This document shows positions 28,606-38,406 of a stretch of DNA of 64,000 bases, one piece after another. The DNA is taken from positions 12,150 through 76,149 of the forward strand of contig JBEIRK010000001.1 of the NCBI GenBank assembly GCA_040376005.1. Reading direction: 5' to 3'. The notes below the pieces were generated by a model, which did no database searches, was not told the DNA's origin, and saw nothing but the letters and a program-made list of their open reading frames with translations. This DNA is from Flavobacteriales bacterium. Its GTDB lineage: Bacteria > Bacteroidota > Bacteroidia > NS11-12g > UBA955. The translations under genes and the position numbers were made by a program. Each line of letters opens with the position of its first letter. Position 1 is the first letter of the stretch.

Positions 28606-29241
28606 TTAAAGATCTGAATAGCGGTAAATATCTTCTATTTCCGCGTTGTGATCCATTTTAAAAATCTCTTTTAGAATGCCATCTTCTAGACCGTAAACCC
28701 AGCCATGGATTACAGGTCTTTGCTCATACTTCCATGCACGTTGGATAATACTTGTTTTCGAAAGGTTCATGACCTGTTCTTGAACATTTAATTCAACCAA
28801 CCTTCTCAATTGAGCATCTTCATCACCTACAAGGATAATTTCATCATGGTGGAGTCGATATACATCTTTTATGTTTCGAAGCCATTTATTCAATATTCCC
28901 AAATGGTGTTGGGATAGAGCTGCTTTTACGCCACCGCATCCGTAGTGTCCGCATACAATCACGTGTTTTACTTTTAACTCTTCCACAGCATACTGCAGCA
29001 CACTGAGCATATTCACATCTGTATGCACTACCATATTGGCAATATTTCGGTGCACAAATAACTCACCCGGCGCAGCACCGATTACTTCATTCGCAGGAAC
29101 ACGACTATCTGCGCAACCAATCCACAAATATTCAGGCCTTTGCTCTTTAGCAAGATCCATGAAATACTCAGCATCTTCCTCAAGCTTTTCTTGCGCCCAA
29201 ATCCTGTTGTTCAACAATAGTTTTTTGTATGTTTCCATCAT
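28606..29241 (-). CDS. Beta-class carbonic anhydrase, 211 aa
   Basis: [13 protein letters not shown]...VCGHYGCGG contains the beta-CA zinc ligands (C, D, R...H, C). Confidence 0.85.
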   Translation of the reverse strand: MMETYKKLLLNNRIWAQEKLEEDAEYFMDLAKEQRPEYLWIGCADSRVPANEVIGAAPGELFVHRNIANMVVHTDVNMLSVLQYAVEELKVKHVIVCGHYGCGGVKAALSQHHLGILNKWLRNIKDVYRLHHDEIILVGDEDAQLRRLVELNVQEQVMNLSKTSIIQRAWKYEQRPVIHGWVYGLEDGILKEIFKMDHNAEIEDIYRYSDL

Positions 29242-30835
29242 TAATGAGTTTATATTTTTTGAGCTGTCTGTTGTTTTTAAACTTATACTCTACCCGAATG
29301 TTTGCGGTGCTGGCGTGGATATTGAAGTCATGCAGCATTTCAAGAATGTCGTAATCTACAAAAGAACTCCCATGAAGATCAATTACCACGAAATCATTTT
29401 CTACAAAAGAATCTAACCTTTGTTTAAGTATTATTTTATTCAGAAAAGTTACTTGATGGCCAAAACGGATTACATGCAAGCCTTCGCTACTTGCAAAGCG
29501 GAGAGATGCTTTGAAGTTTGTAAGCATGATAAAGAAGACGCCAACAACAATACCTATTAAGATACCAATAAGCAAGTCCGTTAATAAGATAGAAATGATC
29601 GTTACAACGAATGGAACAAAAACGGCTTTACCATGCGCATATTGCTCTTTAAACACGGTGGGTTTGGCCAATTTAAATCCTGTATAGATTAAGATAGCGG
29701 CCAGAGCACTCAGGGGAATAAGATTCAGCAGTGTGGGAAATACAAGTAGCCCAGTAGCGATGAGCACACCATGCATAATAGTACTTAATTTGGTTCTTGC
29801 ACCTGCATTGGCATTGGCACTACTGCGCACGATAACGGAAGTAACAGGAATACCGCCAAGCATTCCAGAGACAATATTCCCAGCGCCTTGGGCAATGAGT
29901 TCTCGGTTGGTATTGGTAGTTCTTTTTTGTTCATCCAACTTATCTATGGCTTCAACGCTTAGGAGAGACTCAATACTCGCAATGACACCAATTTTAGCAG
30001 CTGCAAGCCACAAAATACTCAATCCTATAAATGAAAACTCAGGAAGGTGGATTAAACTACCAATATCTCCGTAATTATTTAGCACAGGTAGATTCACCAT
30101 ATGTTCTGCCCGAATGGCCTCGGTGGGATAAAAAACACCTGCAAGGGTATTCAATAAAATACCCAATAGCACAACCATGAGTGGCGCGGGTATAATAAAT
30201 TTATACTTTTTAAAAGGGAAATATTTACTATCCCAAAAGTACTGAATGCATAGACCAATTGCACCAATAATGAACGCTATTGGCGACACCTTATTCAGTG
30301 CCAATACGATCTCTGAAAAGGTATTGTGACCGTCCGGTTGAATAAAGGATTCATCCCCCTCAAAATCTGCATCATAGCCTACGAGATGGGGCAACTGTTT
30401 TAAAATTAGCAAAACACCAATAGCGGTGAGCATGCCCTTTAGCACCGAAACAGGTACAAAATTCACAATTTTACCTGCTTTGGTTATACCCAGGAGCATT
30501 TGAAGCATTCCTGCTAATACAACAGAAAGAAAGAGAAGACCTAGGGCGCTTGAAGAAGCCTCAAGCTCAGAAAGTCCATGGGTTAAGAAATACTTCTTAG
30601 CATCAAGCACAATGACAGCTACAGTAGCGATAAGACCAGCAGCGGGACCAGAAACACTCAAGTGCGAATTGCTGATAAGCCCCACTACGATGCCACCCGC
30701 TAGACCGGCTATTAGGCCACTAATTGGGGGAACACCGGAACCCAAAGCGATTCCAAGACACAATGGAACGGCTACGAGAAAAACCACCAATGCGGCTGGT
30801 AAATCTGATTTTAACGAATTGAAATACTTAGACAT
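29180..30835 (-). CDS. SulP/SLC26-family anion (sulfate/bicarbonate) transporter with a C-terminal STAS domain, 551 aa
   Basis: [29 protein letters not shown] plus multiple TM helices and a C-terminal STAS-like domain. Its 3' end overlaps the carbonic anhydrase start by 62 nt. Confidence 0.85.
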   Translation of the reverse strand: MSKYFNSLKSDLPAALVVFLVAVPLCLGIALGSGVPPISGLIAGLAGGIVVGLISNSHLSVSGPAAGLIATVAVIVLDAKKYFLTHGLSELEASSSALGLLFLSVVLAGMLQMLLGITKAGKIVNFVPVSVLKGMLTAIGVLLILKQLPHLVGYDADFEGDESFIQPDGHNTFSEIVLALNKVSPIAFIIGAIGLCIQYFWDSKYFPFKKYKFIIPAPLMVVLLGILLNTLAGVFYPTEAIRAEHMVNLPVLNNYGDIGSLIHLPEFSFIGLSILWLAAAKIGVIASIESLLSVEAIDKLDEQKRTTNTNRELIAQGAGNIVSGMLGGIPVTSVIVRSSANANAGARTKLSTIMHGVLIATGLLVFPTLLNLIPLSALAAILIYTGFKLAKPTVFKEQYAHGKAVFVPFVVTIISILLTDLLIGILIGIVVGVFFIMLTNFKASLRFASSEGLHVIRFGHQVTFLNKIILKQRLDSFVENDFVVIDLHGSSFVDYDILEMLHDFNIHASTANIRVEYKFKNNRQLKKYKLINDGNIQKTIVEQQDLGARKA

Positions 30836-30862
30836 TAGGCACTTACGAACTGCAAAGAAACA

Positions 30863-30893
30863 AAAAACCCCCTGAAGGATTCAGGGGGTTTTC
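30863..30893 (-). terminator. Rho-independent terminator (aaccccctgaaggattcagggggtt) downstream of the OmpA-family gene
   Basis: Perfect hairpin. On the minus strand it is followed by a T-rich run. Confidence 0.55.
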
Positions 30894-30912
30894 TTAATGT
30901 TATTAACTCATC

Positions 30913-32505
30913 TTAGCGGCTGCTACGAGGACCTGGTGCTACTGTAGCACTGGCACTTGTTTTACCACCTGTGAATTTGAAATCGATTTTGTTAGGATCA
31001 GAGCTCTTGCAAGTATTATCAACTACGATGCGATCGCGGCTCATTCCATATTGGCTAACCAAGATGTTAATGACATTTTCAGTGCGGCAAGCACCAGTAA
31101 CATCACCTTTTTTGCCAGAGTACATTTTCTCTTTTCCACCAGTAGAGCCGCAGATGGTCAATTTCTTGTCTGGGCACTGCTTCATTTTATCAGAGATAAG
31201 TGTAAGAACAACATGGTATTCAGGTTTAATATTGCACTTGTTCGCATCAAAGTACATTGATGGGAAAGTCATATCATCACAGTTACAGCAGTTGTTTTGC
31301 ACGATAACACCGTCAACAGTAACGTGAGCACCCACAGGGCTGTTAGGCTCTTTATCGCGACCATCAGGAACACCATCACCATCTGAATCAATCATTACAC
31401 CGTCAGCATCCACTTCGAAGCCTTTGGTTGAAGCGATTTCTTTGTCTTTGCAATCCGCTACGCCGTCACCGTCGGAATCAACCGCTTGACCATTACCGTA
31501 TACCATGCAATCTTTGTCAGTGCTATCGTCAACATCAAAGAAGTCAGAAACACCGTCACCATCAGAATCCGTAGAAAGACTGTCAACACGCTTGTCCAAG
31601 GTTTGAACAGCTTCGTATACAGACTCAATTGGACTCATCCAGTCATAGTGTTGAGGATTTTTGTTACCCAATTTCCAAGCACCGTAAACGTTCATAAGAC
31701 CGTATTGATCCATCCAACGGTTTGCAGTGATAGGAGTATTGTAAACATCGATGTTATCGGTACGCAAATAATTTTGACGCCATTCCATTCCGATATCGAA
31801 GTAACGACCTAGGTTGTGTTTTACACCGAAACCAAAAGGAATAATCAAGTGACGACCATCGTAGGTTTCTTCCACATCTTTACCCAAATTTGGGTTAGGA
31901 GTGCCCACACCAAGGTAGTGTGTAAGGTAGTAATCACCACCGATATATAGACGTTGGTCATTAAAGGTAGAAGTGCTGCGGAAAGAACCCCAGCCCATAC
32001 CTAAGAAGAAATTCATTTGTGTTTTGCGCAATGGACGAATAAAACTGATGTTACCGAGGGTAAATACCATCTGTAAGTTAAAGTCTTGGAAACGGCTCTT
32101 AAACTTGTAAAAATCTTTGTACAAGGTTGGGAACTGGAAATCGCGAGCTCCACGAAGTTTACCAATGTTCCATTCACCTTTCAAACCGAAAGTTTGAGAA
32201 ACAGAGTACTTAGCGAAAGCACGGGCATGCCATCCTGGTTGAATTTTGTCAGCATCTCCGAAGAAGAAGGAAGGTCCTGCACCAACGCCCAAAGACCACT
32301 TTTTGGCACGACGGTCAACAAAGAATGAAGTTACAGCGTGTTGACCACTATCACTGACGTGTTGCTTTTCAGAGGCACCATCGGGCCATTTACCTTCTGC
32401 ATTGGGGTGGTAGTTGGCCCCAGGAGCTTGCTTGTAAGTCTGAGCAAAAGCAGTTACAGAGAACAGTGAAAACGCAGCTACAGCTACAGATTTAAACAGT
32501 TTCAT
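30913..32505 (-). CDS. OmpA-family outer-membrane protein with thrombospondin type-3 (DxDxDGxxD) repeats, ~530 aa
   Basis: Signal peptide MKLFKSVAVAAFSLFSVTAFAQ and a beta-barrel-like N-terminal domain. Repeated DSDGDGVSD, DSDGDGVAD, DSDGDGVPD motifs are followed by an OmpA-like C-terminal domain. Confidence 0.7.
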   Translation of the reverse strand: MKLFKSVAVAAFSLFSVTAFAQTYKQAPGANYHPNAEGKWPDGASEKQHVSDSGQHAVTSFFVDRRAKKWSLGVGAGPSFFFGDADKIQPGWHARAFAKYSVSQTFGLKGEWNIGKLRGARDFQFPTLYKDFYKFKSRFQDFNLQMVFTLGNISFIRPLRKTQMNFFLGMGWGSFRSTSTFNDQRLYIGGDYYLTHYLGVGTPNPNLGKDVEETYDGRHLIIPFGFGVKHNLGRYFDIGMEWRQNYLRTDNIDVYNTPITANRWMDQYGLMNVYGAWKLGNKNPQHYDWMSPIESVYEAVQTLDKRVDSLSTDSDGDGVSDFFDVDDSTDKDCMVYGNGQAVDSDGDGVADCKDKEIASTKGFEVDADGVMIDSDGDGVPDGRDKEPNSPVGAHVTVDGVIVQNNCCNCDDMTFPSMYFDANKCNIKPEYHVVLTLISDKMKQCPDKKLTICGSTGGKEKMYSGKKGDVTGACRTENVINILVSQYGMSRDRIVVDNTCKSSDPNKIDFKFTGGKTSASATVAPGPRSSR

Positions 32506-32601
32506 TGCGAAATTTTGCATTATTAAGTTGCAATAATAGTTATCATCCCTTAGAATTCAAAAAAAAATCGAATTATTTTTTGATTACCACGGGTTTATAT
32601 T

Positions 32602-34197
32602 TCAGTCACACACCACCCAAATGGGTGATTTTGAAAGTTCGGGAAGTGGAAACAAATTGAGTGGAAATTCTGAATGAAGCATTTTCATTTCTAGGAAGTG
32701 GATTACACGTTCTTGTGCTTTATCAGCGGAAAAATATCTCATTTTTATTTTCGAATATTTGTTCCAATCCTGAGCCGTGGTTCCCGTTGTTTTCATCGTC
32801 TCAAGAAAGGCCTCTTTGGCTTTTCGAAGCATTTTCAAATATTCCTCCCCCATCTTCTTCACTTCTTTCAAATGGATTGACTTTTCTGAATATAATTCTT
32901 TATTGATTTTTTCAGCAAGTATTTCTACATGCGCAGCACCTGTTATAATGGGAGATGCTGCGATTCTTTCTTCAAAATATCGCTGTTGAAAGTCAATGTC
33001 AGATTGAAAATAAATATCCAATTCCAAAAATCCTGAATTAACAACTTCCATCGATTTCTTATCTGGCCAAATGAAGGAATGGCGTTGGATTAAAGCGGGG
33101 GTTGGAATCCCTGCTGCTGCGAATAAGGGTTGAATCTGATACCAATATACCAACTCACCTGGACCTCCGATATAGGCAATATTAGGAAGCACCATTTCTT
33201 GAAACAAAGGCCTAAGTGCAACATTGGGACTAAACCTATCCGTTTCATTTTCAAGGGTTTCAAGTATTTCCTTCTCGGAGAAAACGACATTGGTATCTGC
33301 AAGTGCGAAATCAGAATTTATCTTTTCAATTCTGCGACGCTTGCCATTATCTATAAGAAAAAGATTCACTGGTCTTGCTCCAATTTGAACTTCCAATCCA
33401 TGCTGTTTTAACTCGGAAGTACGTTGCTTCAATGCGTCATAAAAGCGGTTTGTGCGTAAATCCTCCTGAAACAATGGAATGGCAATCTTCTTGAGTTCAG
33501 GGCTATCTGGATCGAGCACAAGTAAGCCTTTTTCATGAAATATCTCATGTAATAATGAACGGGTGGCATTTGCAAGATTCTGCTGTTCTGAGTACACTTT
33601 TTTAAAGTGTTGCACCCACTGTTGCAATTCACTATCATTAGGGAAATCAGCGCTTATTTCATCCCATAGCTTCGCAATATTACACGTATCCAAGCGACCT
33701 ACAGGCCCTCCGGATTCCGCTTCCCACGTATAGGTTTTATTGAAAATGCGAATATGGCGTATCTCTTCAAAATCATGGTCTTCAGTGGCCATCCAAAAAA
33801 CGGGCACTACAGAAATTCCGGGTGAACTGCGTTCAATATCTTCGGCCAACTGAATTGCAGTGAGTGCTTTGTATAAAACATACAAAGGCCCTAGGCCTAA
33901 GTGAATTTGTTGGCCTGTAGTAACTGTAAATGTTTCTTTTTCTTGAAGCTTCCGAATGTTCTCAAGTACTTTTCCTTGAGCCAATGACCCATATTGCGCT
34001 AGCAATACTTGAACCAGGCTATCTCGGTTGGCTTGGGGGAAGTCCTGTTTGGCATGGATGAGTGAAGCGAAGTCGGCAGCTGGTCCGGCATTTGGGTAAA
34101 ACCTCAACACATCCTTGTATTGACTATAGATACCACTTGAGATTTTAGAAAACCAAGTGGCAGGCAGTAAATCGGGATGTTTGAAATTTAGACTCAT
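32602..34197 (-). CDS. bshC: Bacillithiol biosynthesis cysteine-adding enzyme BshC, 531 aa
   Basis: TGQQIHLGLGPLYVLYKALTAIQLAEDI...VPVFWMATEDHDFEEI is a characteristic BshC (YllA) signature. Size matches. Confidence 0.75.
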   Translation of the reverse strand: MSLNFKHPDLLPATWFSKISSGIYSQYKDVLRFYPNAGPAADFASLIHAKQDFPQANRDSLVQVLLAQYGSLAQGKVLENIRKLQEKETFTVTTGQQIHLGLGPLYVLYKALTAIQLAEDIERSSPGISVVPVFWMATEDHDFEEIRHIRIFNKTYTWEAESGGPVGRLDTCNIAKLWDEISADFPNDSELQQWVQHFKKVYSEQQNLANATRSLLHEIFHEKGLLVLDPDSPELKKIAIPLFQEDLRTNRFYDALKQRTSELKQHGLEVQIGARPVNLFLIDNGKRRRIEKINSDFALADTNVVFSEKEILETLENETDRFSPNVALRPLFQEMVLPNIAYIGGPGELVYWYQIQPLFAAAGIPTPALIQRHSFIWPDKKSMEVVNSGFLELDIYFQSDIDFQQRYFEERIAASPIITGAAHVEILAEKINKELYSEKSIHLKEVKKMGEEYLKMLRKAKEAFLETMKTTGTTAQDWNKYSKIKMRYFSADKAQERVIHFLEMKMLHSEFPLNLFPLPELSKSPIWVVCD

Positions 34198-35501
34198 AGC
34201 AAAGAGCCATAAAGATCATAGGGTGTATGGCTTTCGATCTTCACCATGGCAAAATCACCAAGGCGTGCAAATTGATTCTCAGAGGACACCCAAACTTCAT
34301 TATCTACTTCTGGGCTATCAAACTCCGTTCTTCCTACAAAATGCCCATCTTCATGTCGGTCAAAAATCACTTTTTGTGTTGTACCTACAAGTTGACTATT
34401 TAAAGAATCGCTGATATGCATCTGCGCTTCCATAATGCGTTCGGCGCGTTTCTGTTTTACCTCCTCAGGCACATCATCTGCCAAAGAGTGTGCATGGGTG
34501 TTTTCTTCATGGGAATAAGTAAATACCCCCAATCTATTGAACTTTTGCTCTTGAATAAAGGCCAAGAGCTCTTCAAAGTCTTCTTCAGTTTCACCGGGAT
34601 GCCCAACCAACAGCGTAGTTCTCAAGGCAATGCCTGGGACACTTTCTCTAATGGTATCCAATAATTCCCGCATGCGTCTATTTGTAGAACCTCTGCGCAT
34701 AATTTTGAGCATTCTATCCGTGGTGTGTTGCAGGGGAATATCCAAGTAATTGCAAATATTGCTGCGTTCGGCCATTACCTTAAGCACATCCATAGGAAAC
34801 TGATGGGGAAAAGCGTAATGCAATCGTATCCAATCTAAGCCTGGGATATCGCTTACCCTTTGGAGCAATTCAGCCAAATTTCTTTTACCGTAAAGATCTA
34901 GACCATAATAGGTAGAATCTTGGGCAATGAGCATCACCTCTTTGGTGCCATTTTTTACCCTGCCGGCAATTTCTGATTCAATAGCCTCGATACTCTTGCT
35001 CACATGCCCGCCTCTCATGAGGGGAATCGCGCAAAATGAGCAGGGACGGTCACAACCTTCCGAAATTTTTACATATGCGTAATGTTTTGGTGTGGTTTGT
35101 AATCGTTCTCCGAGTAACTCATGACGATAATCGGCCCCCACACTGCGCAGCAATGCAGGCAGTTCAAGAGTACCGAACCATTTATCGACTTCTGGTATTT
35201 CGGACTTTAGTTCATCCTTATATCTATGGGATAAGCATCCCGTAACGATGAGTTGTTCTAATTTGCCTTCCTTCTTTTTCTCGGCATATTCAAGAATCGT
35301 ATTGATACTTTCCTGTTTTGCGTTGTCAATAAAGCCACAGGTATTGATGATCACGATATCTGTATCTTTTTCAGTTTCATTGTTTACGGCAAAATCATTG
35401 TTTTCTAGCTGGCCCATCAGGACTTCACTATCCACTAGATTTTTACTACAACCGAGTGTAATGACATTAACAGAGGGATTTTTGTGGCTGCGGGTCTTCA
35501 T
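34194..35501 (-). CDS. rimO: Ribosomal protein S12 methylthiotransferase RimO (radical SAM, MiaB family), 435 aa
   Basis: VNVITLGCSKNLVDSEVLMGQL (MTTase N-terminal domain), a radical SAM CxxxCxxC (CDRPCSFCAIP) and a TRAM-like C-terminus. The size is typical of RimO rather than MiaB. Confidence 0.7.
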   Translation of the reverse strand: MKTRSHKNPSVNVITLGCSKNLVDSEVLMGQLENNDFAVNNETEKDTDIVIINTCGFIDNAKQESINTILEYAEKKKEGKLEQLIVTGCLSHRYKDELKSEIPEVDKWFGTLELPALLRSVGADYRHELLGERLQTTPKHYAYVKISEGCDRPCSFCAIPLMRGGHVSKSIEAIESEIAGRVKNGTKEVMLIAQDSTYYGLDLYGKRNLAELLQRVSDIPGLDWIRLHYAFPHQFPMDVLKVMAERSNICNYLDIPLQHTTDRMLKIMRRGSTNRRMRELLDTIRESVPGIALRTTLLVGHPGETEEDFEELLAFIQEQKFNRLGVFTYSHEENTHAHSLADDVPEEVKQKRAERIMEAQMHISDSLNSQLVGTTQKVIFDRHEDGHFVGRTEFDSPEVDNEVWVSSENQFARLGDFAMVKIESHTPYDLYGSLL

Positions 35502-36472
35502 TCACTAAATATGGAGTTAACGAACTCTTTCGTGTCGAATAGTTTTAGATTTTCGGCTTGTTCCCCAAGTCCGATATATTTAACAGGTATGGAGAACTCA
35601 TGGCTAACGCCAATAACGACACCCCCTTTAGCGGTGCCATCGAGCTTTGTTACCGCAAGGGCATTCACAGTGGTAGCTGAGGTGAATTGCCTTGCTTGTT
35701 CGTATGCATTTTGGCCTGTTGTGGCATCGATCACCAGCAGTACTTCATGCGGGGCAGAATCGCGGAATTTTTGCACTACCCTTTTCATTTTGGCCAACTC
35801 ATTCATCAGGCCAACTTTATTATGCAATCTGCCTGCGGTATCAATAATCACCACATCGGCATTCATTTCTACCCCTTTCTTCACAGAATCAAAGGCTACA
35901 GCAGCGGGGTCTGCATTCATACCATGACTTACGATTTCCACACCGGTTCTATCTTTCCAAATCCCCAATTGATCTACTGCAGCTGCGCGGAAGGTATCTG
36001 CGGCGCCGAGCACTACTTTTTTACCTGCTTTCGCAAAATGGTACGCAAGTTTCCCGATAGTCGTAGTTTTTCCAACGCCGTTCACGCCAACAACAAGGAT
36101 AACATAGGGGAGGTCGGTGATTCCAGATAGGCTAAAATCTTGACAAAGGGGCGTTTGAACTTTGGGGAGCATGGCTACCACTTCCTCTTCGAGCATGGCA
36201 TAAAGCTCTACTTTTTGTAGGTATTTGTCTTTAGAAGCACGATTTTCGAGCCTTTTGATAATTTCAACAGTGGTATCAACTCCTACATCTGAAGTAATGA
36301 GAATTTCCTCCAGTTCATCGAGAAAATCTGCATCTACTTGAGAACGCCCAGCCAAGGCTTTACCGATTCTGCTGAGGAGGGTACTGCGGGTAGACTCTAG
36401 GCCTTCGCGGGTAGAAGTGTTCTCCGCTGGGGCAGCTGGGTCCTTTTTTTGGAAGATGTTAAATATAGCCAT
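35498..36472 (-). CDS. ftsY: Signal recognition particle receptor FtsY, 324 aa
   Basis: ILVVGVNGVGKTTTIGKLA...DTAGR is the SRP GTPase NG domain. The short N-terminus is typical of Bacteroidetes FtsY. Confidence 0.9.
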   Translation of the reverse strand: MAIFNIFQKKDPAAPAENTSTREGLESTRSTLLSRIGKALAGRSQVDADFLDELEEILITSDVGVDTTVEIIKRLENRASKDKYLQKVELYAMLEEEVVAMLPKVQTPLCQDFSLSGITDLPYVILVVGVNGVGKTTTIGKLAYHFAKAGKKVVLGAADTFRAAAVDQLGIWKDRTGVEIVSHGMNADPAAVAFDSVKKGVEMNADVVIIDTAGRLHNKVGLMNELAKMKRVVQKFRDSAPHEVLLVIDATTGQNAYEQARQFTSATTVNALAVTKLDGTAKGGVVIGVSHEFSIPVKYIGLGEQAENLKLFDTKEFVNSIFSE

Positions 36473-36501
36473 GAAAAAGCCCGGATGTCAGGATCCGGGC
36501 T
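36473..36501 (-). terminator. Rho-independent terminator (agcccggatcctgacatccgggct + TTTTT); its T-tract abuts the ftsY ATG
   Basis: Minus-strand reading: hairpin, then tttttc, then ATG of ftsY. Presumably terminates the rpmB-rpmG-DUF4295 transcript. Confidence 0.5.
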
Positions 36502-36523
36502 ACAAAATTAATGTGGAATTTCT

Positions 36524-36678
36524 TACTTTTTGTTAAAGAACTCTCTTGCCTCTGGTTCGGGCAAAATTTCTTCGCGGAAAGAGTAAGCTCCAGTTTTTGG
36601 AGATTTAACAGCTTTAATCGCTTTAATGTAGGCGATACCGCCCTCTTTCTTCAGTGTTGCTACAACCTTCTTAGCCAT
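36524..36678 (-). CDS. DUF4295 small protein (50 aa), the Bacteroidetes-specific partner of rpmG
   Basis: Translation is [51 protein letters not shown]. It is not in the ORF track because it is shorter than 60 aa. Its start overlaps the rpmG stop as TAATG. Confidence 0.7.
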
Positions 36679-36860
36679 TATTTGATTTCTTTATGTAAGG
36701 TTACCTTACGCATGTAAGGGTTATACTTCTTTAATTCAATTCTCTCAGCCGTGTTTTTCTTGTTCTTGGTAGTGATATAACGGCTCATACCTGGTACACC
36801 TGAACCTTTTTGCTCAGTGCACTCAAGAATCACTTGAACTCTATTGCCCTTCTTTGCCAT
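36678..36860 (-). CDS. rpmG: 50S ribosomal protein L33
   Basis: [60 protein letters not shown]. Confidence 0.9.
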   Translation of the reverse strand: MAKKGNRVQVILECTEQKGSGVPGMSRYITTKNKKNTAERIELKKYNPYMRKVTLHKEIK

Positions 36861-36865
36861 GAATA

Positions 36866-37099
36866 TTAGATCTTACCTTTTTTAAACAAATTGTTAATGC
36901 AGGCAGCAACGCCTTTTTTGTCTATGGTCTTCATGGTAGAAGCCGCAACCTTAAGGGTTATCCACTCACCAGTTTCTGGAATGAAAAACTTTTTGGTCTG
37001 AAGGTTGGGATAAAAACGACGCTTCGTTTTCTTGTTAGAATGCGAAACATTGTTTCCTTTCAACGCTTTTTTTCCTGTCAAATCACAAACGCGGGACAT
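36866..37099 (-). CDS. rpmB: 50S ribosomal protein L28
   Basis: [34 protein letters not shown]... Confidence 0.9.
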   Translation of the reverse strand: MSRVCDLTGKKALKGNNVSHSNKKTKRRFYPNLQTKKFFIPETGEWITLKVAASTMKTIDKKGVAACINNLFKKGKI

Positions 37100-37164
37100 A
37101 TTTTTTAGGGGTGCAAAGATATGAATAAACTTCGAAAAGTAAAATACTCCTTCAAAAAAAAGGA

Positions 37165-38397
37165 TTATTTATTAGAATTATTTGGAAAAAGAAAACCAGA
37201 AAGGGCCAAAACAACTACCCAAGTACCCGCTTGGCGTTCGAGTAGACTCTCAAAGCACATGGCGATAGCCAAAGCAAATACGATAAATACCATGTGTTTG
37301 GTAGCTAGTTTCTTCAGAGAAAAGACGACTATTCCAATGAGAGCAACTAAAAGTAAGAAAACAGCAGTATATCCACTTTGTACAGCTACTTCGAGGAATT
37401 GATTGTGCGGATTAATACGATTGAGTTGGTCAAGATGACTTTGGCCGCTTTGATATGAAACCGTCATAGCCTCATGTACCTTATCCATGCCATAACCAAG
37501 CCAGGGCTTGCTATTTGCAGCCCGAATAGCCGCATTCCAGGCTTCCCATCGCTGCCCAAAACTTTGATGATTGAGATCGCCACCTTTAAGCACTGCAGTT
37601 AAATCATTCGTTGTATTGACGATCCTATTCCGCAGTGTAGGAATAACTAAAGTAGCGAGAAAAGCAATACCAATGGCAAGAATCACCTTCCATTTGCGAA
37701 CAGTAGAAAGTTGGAATCGAATACCCAAAAGGCCAACAGCGCCTGACCAAAACATGAGAATGCCCGTTCGGGCAGAAAGAATGTGCAGCGCGATGAAAAG
37801 TATAATAAAGCAGCTCAACAACAATCCAAACAACATACCATCCATCGGTTTCTGCTTTTGGCCTAAGATTAGGTGTAATAATGAAAGGGCGACAATGGAC
37901 TGATATACAGAAAACTCAATATGATAAATGATGGAATAGACTGGAATAGGCTTGCTTTCCAGCACCATTTGATTGTAGAAATCCGCATGGAGGGCATAAT
38001 TGAGCATGCTTGCCAAATCAATCCAAACCAAGGGAAGCGCAAGGCAAAGAATTAAGCGCAGGGTGATATTATACGAAGTTCGCCAATAGACAGTTAAAGG
38101 AAGGAGAATTAGGGGCATGCGCATGAGCCATTTGTTCCATGAAACGGGTGTTGATGTAATACCATCAGCTATACACTGCCAAGCAACGAAAACAGTGATA
38201 AGGAGCAAAGATGATATAGGAAATGCATTCTTACTTGAGGAGAAAAAAGAAACAGCAGCGCAGCAAAAGGCCAATACCCCGAGAATACTGCCTAAAGCTG
38301 GAGAAAAATGCAAGCTTATTGCTGCAAATACAGCAAAAAAAGCCCCGGCGGTATGCCAGGGCTTCTCAATTCGAATATTGTGAATCGCAAAAGGCAA
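37165..38397 (-). CDS. O-antigen ligase (Wzy_C/WaaL-like) family polytopic membrane protein, 410 aa
   Basis: About 10 TM helices and a periplasmic loop with NPHNQFLEVAVQSGY, a Wzy_C-like H-x-N-x-(F/Y)-L-(E/Q) motif. Confidence 0.55.
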   Translation of the reverse strand: MPFAIHNIRIEKPWHTAGAFFAVFAAISLHFSPALGSILGVLAFCCAAVSFFSSSKNAFPISSLLLITVFVAWQCIADGITSTPVSWNKWLMRMPLILLPLTVYWRTSYNITLRLILCLALPLVWIDLASMLNYALHADFYNQMVLESKPIPVYSIIYHIEFSVYQSIVALSLLHLILGQKQKPMDGMLFGLLLSCFIILFIALHILSARTGILMFWSGAVGLLGIRFQLSTVRKWKVILAIGIAFLATLVIPTLRNRIVNTTNDLTAVLKGGDLNHQSFGQRWEAWNAAIRAANSKPWLGYGMDKVHEAMTVSYQSGQSHLDQLNRINPHNQFLEVAVQSGYTAVFLLLVALIGIVVFSLKKLATKHMVFIVFALAIAMCFESLLERQAGTWVVVLALSGFLFPNNSNK

Positions 38398-38406
38398 TGC
38401 GCAAAT

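Noticed and set aside
32602-34197. Alternative identity of the 531-aa protein as a generic hypothetical rather than BshC
   Set aside because: The TGQQ...GPLY.LYK...VPVFWMATEDHDFEE block is highly characteristic of BshC, and the length matches, so the BshC call was kept.
35687-36130. 147-aa + strand ORF inside ftsY (and similar antisense ORFs in rimO, bshC and the ABC ATPase)
   Set aside because: Antisense to well-supported conserved genes. Cys/His-rich artefactual translations.
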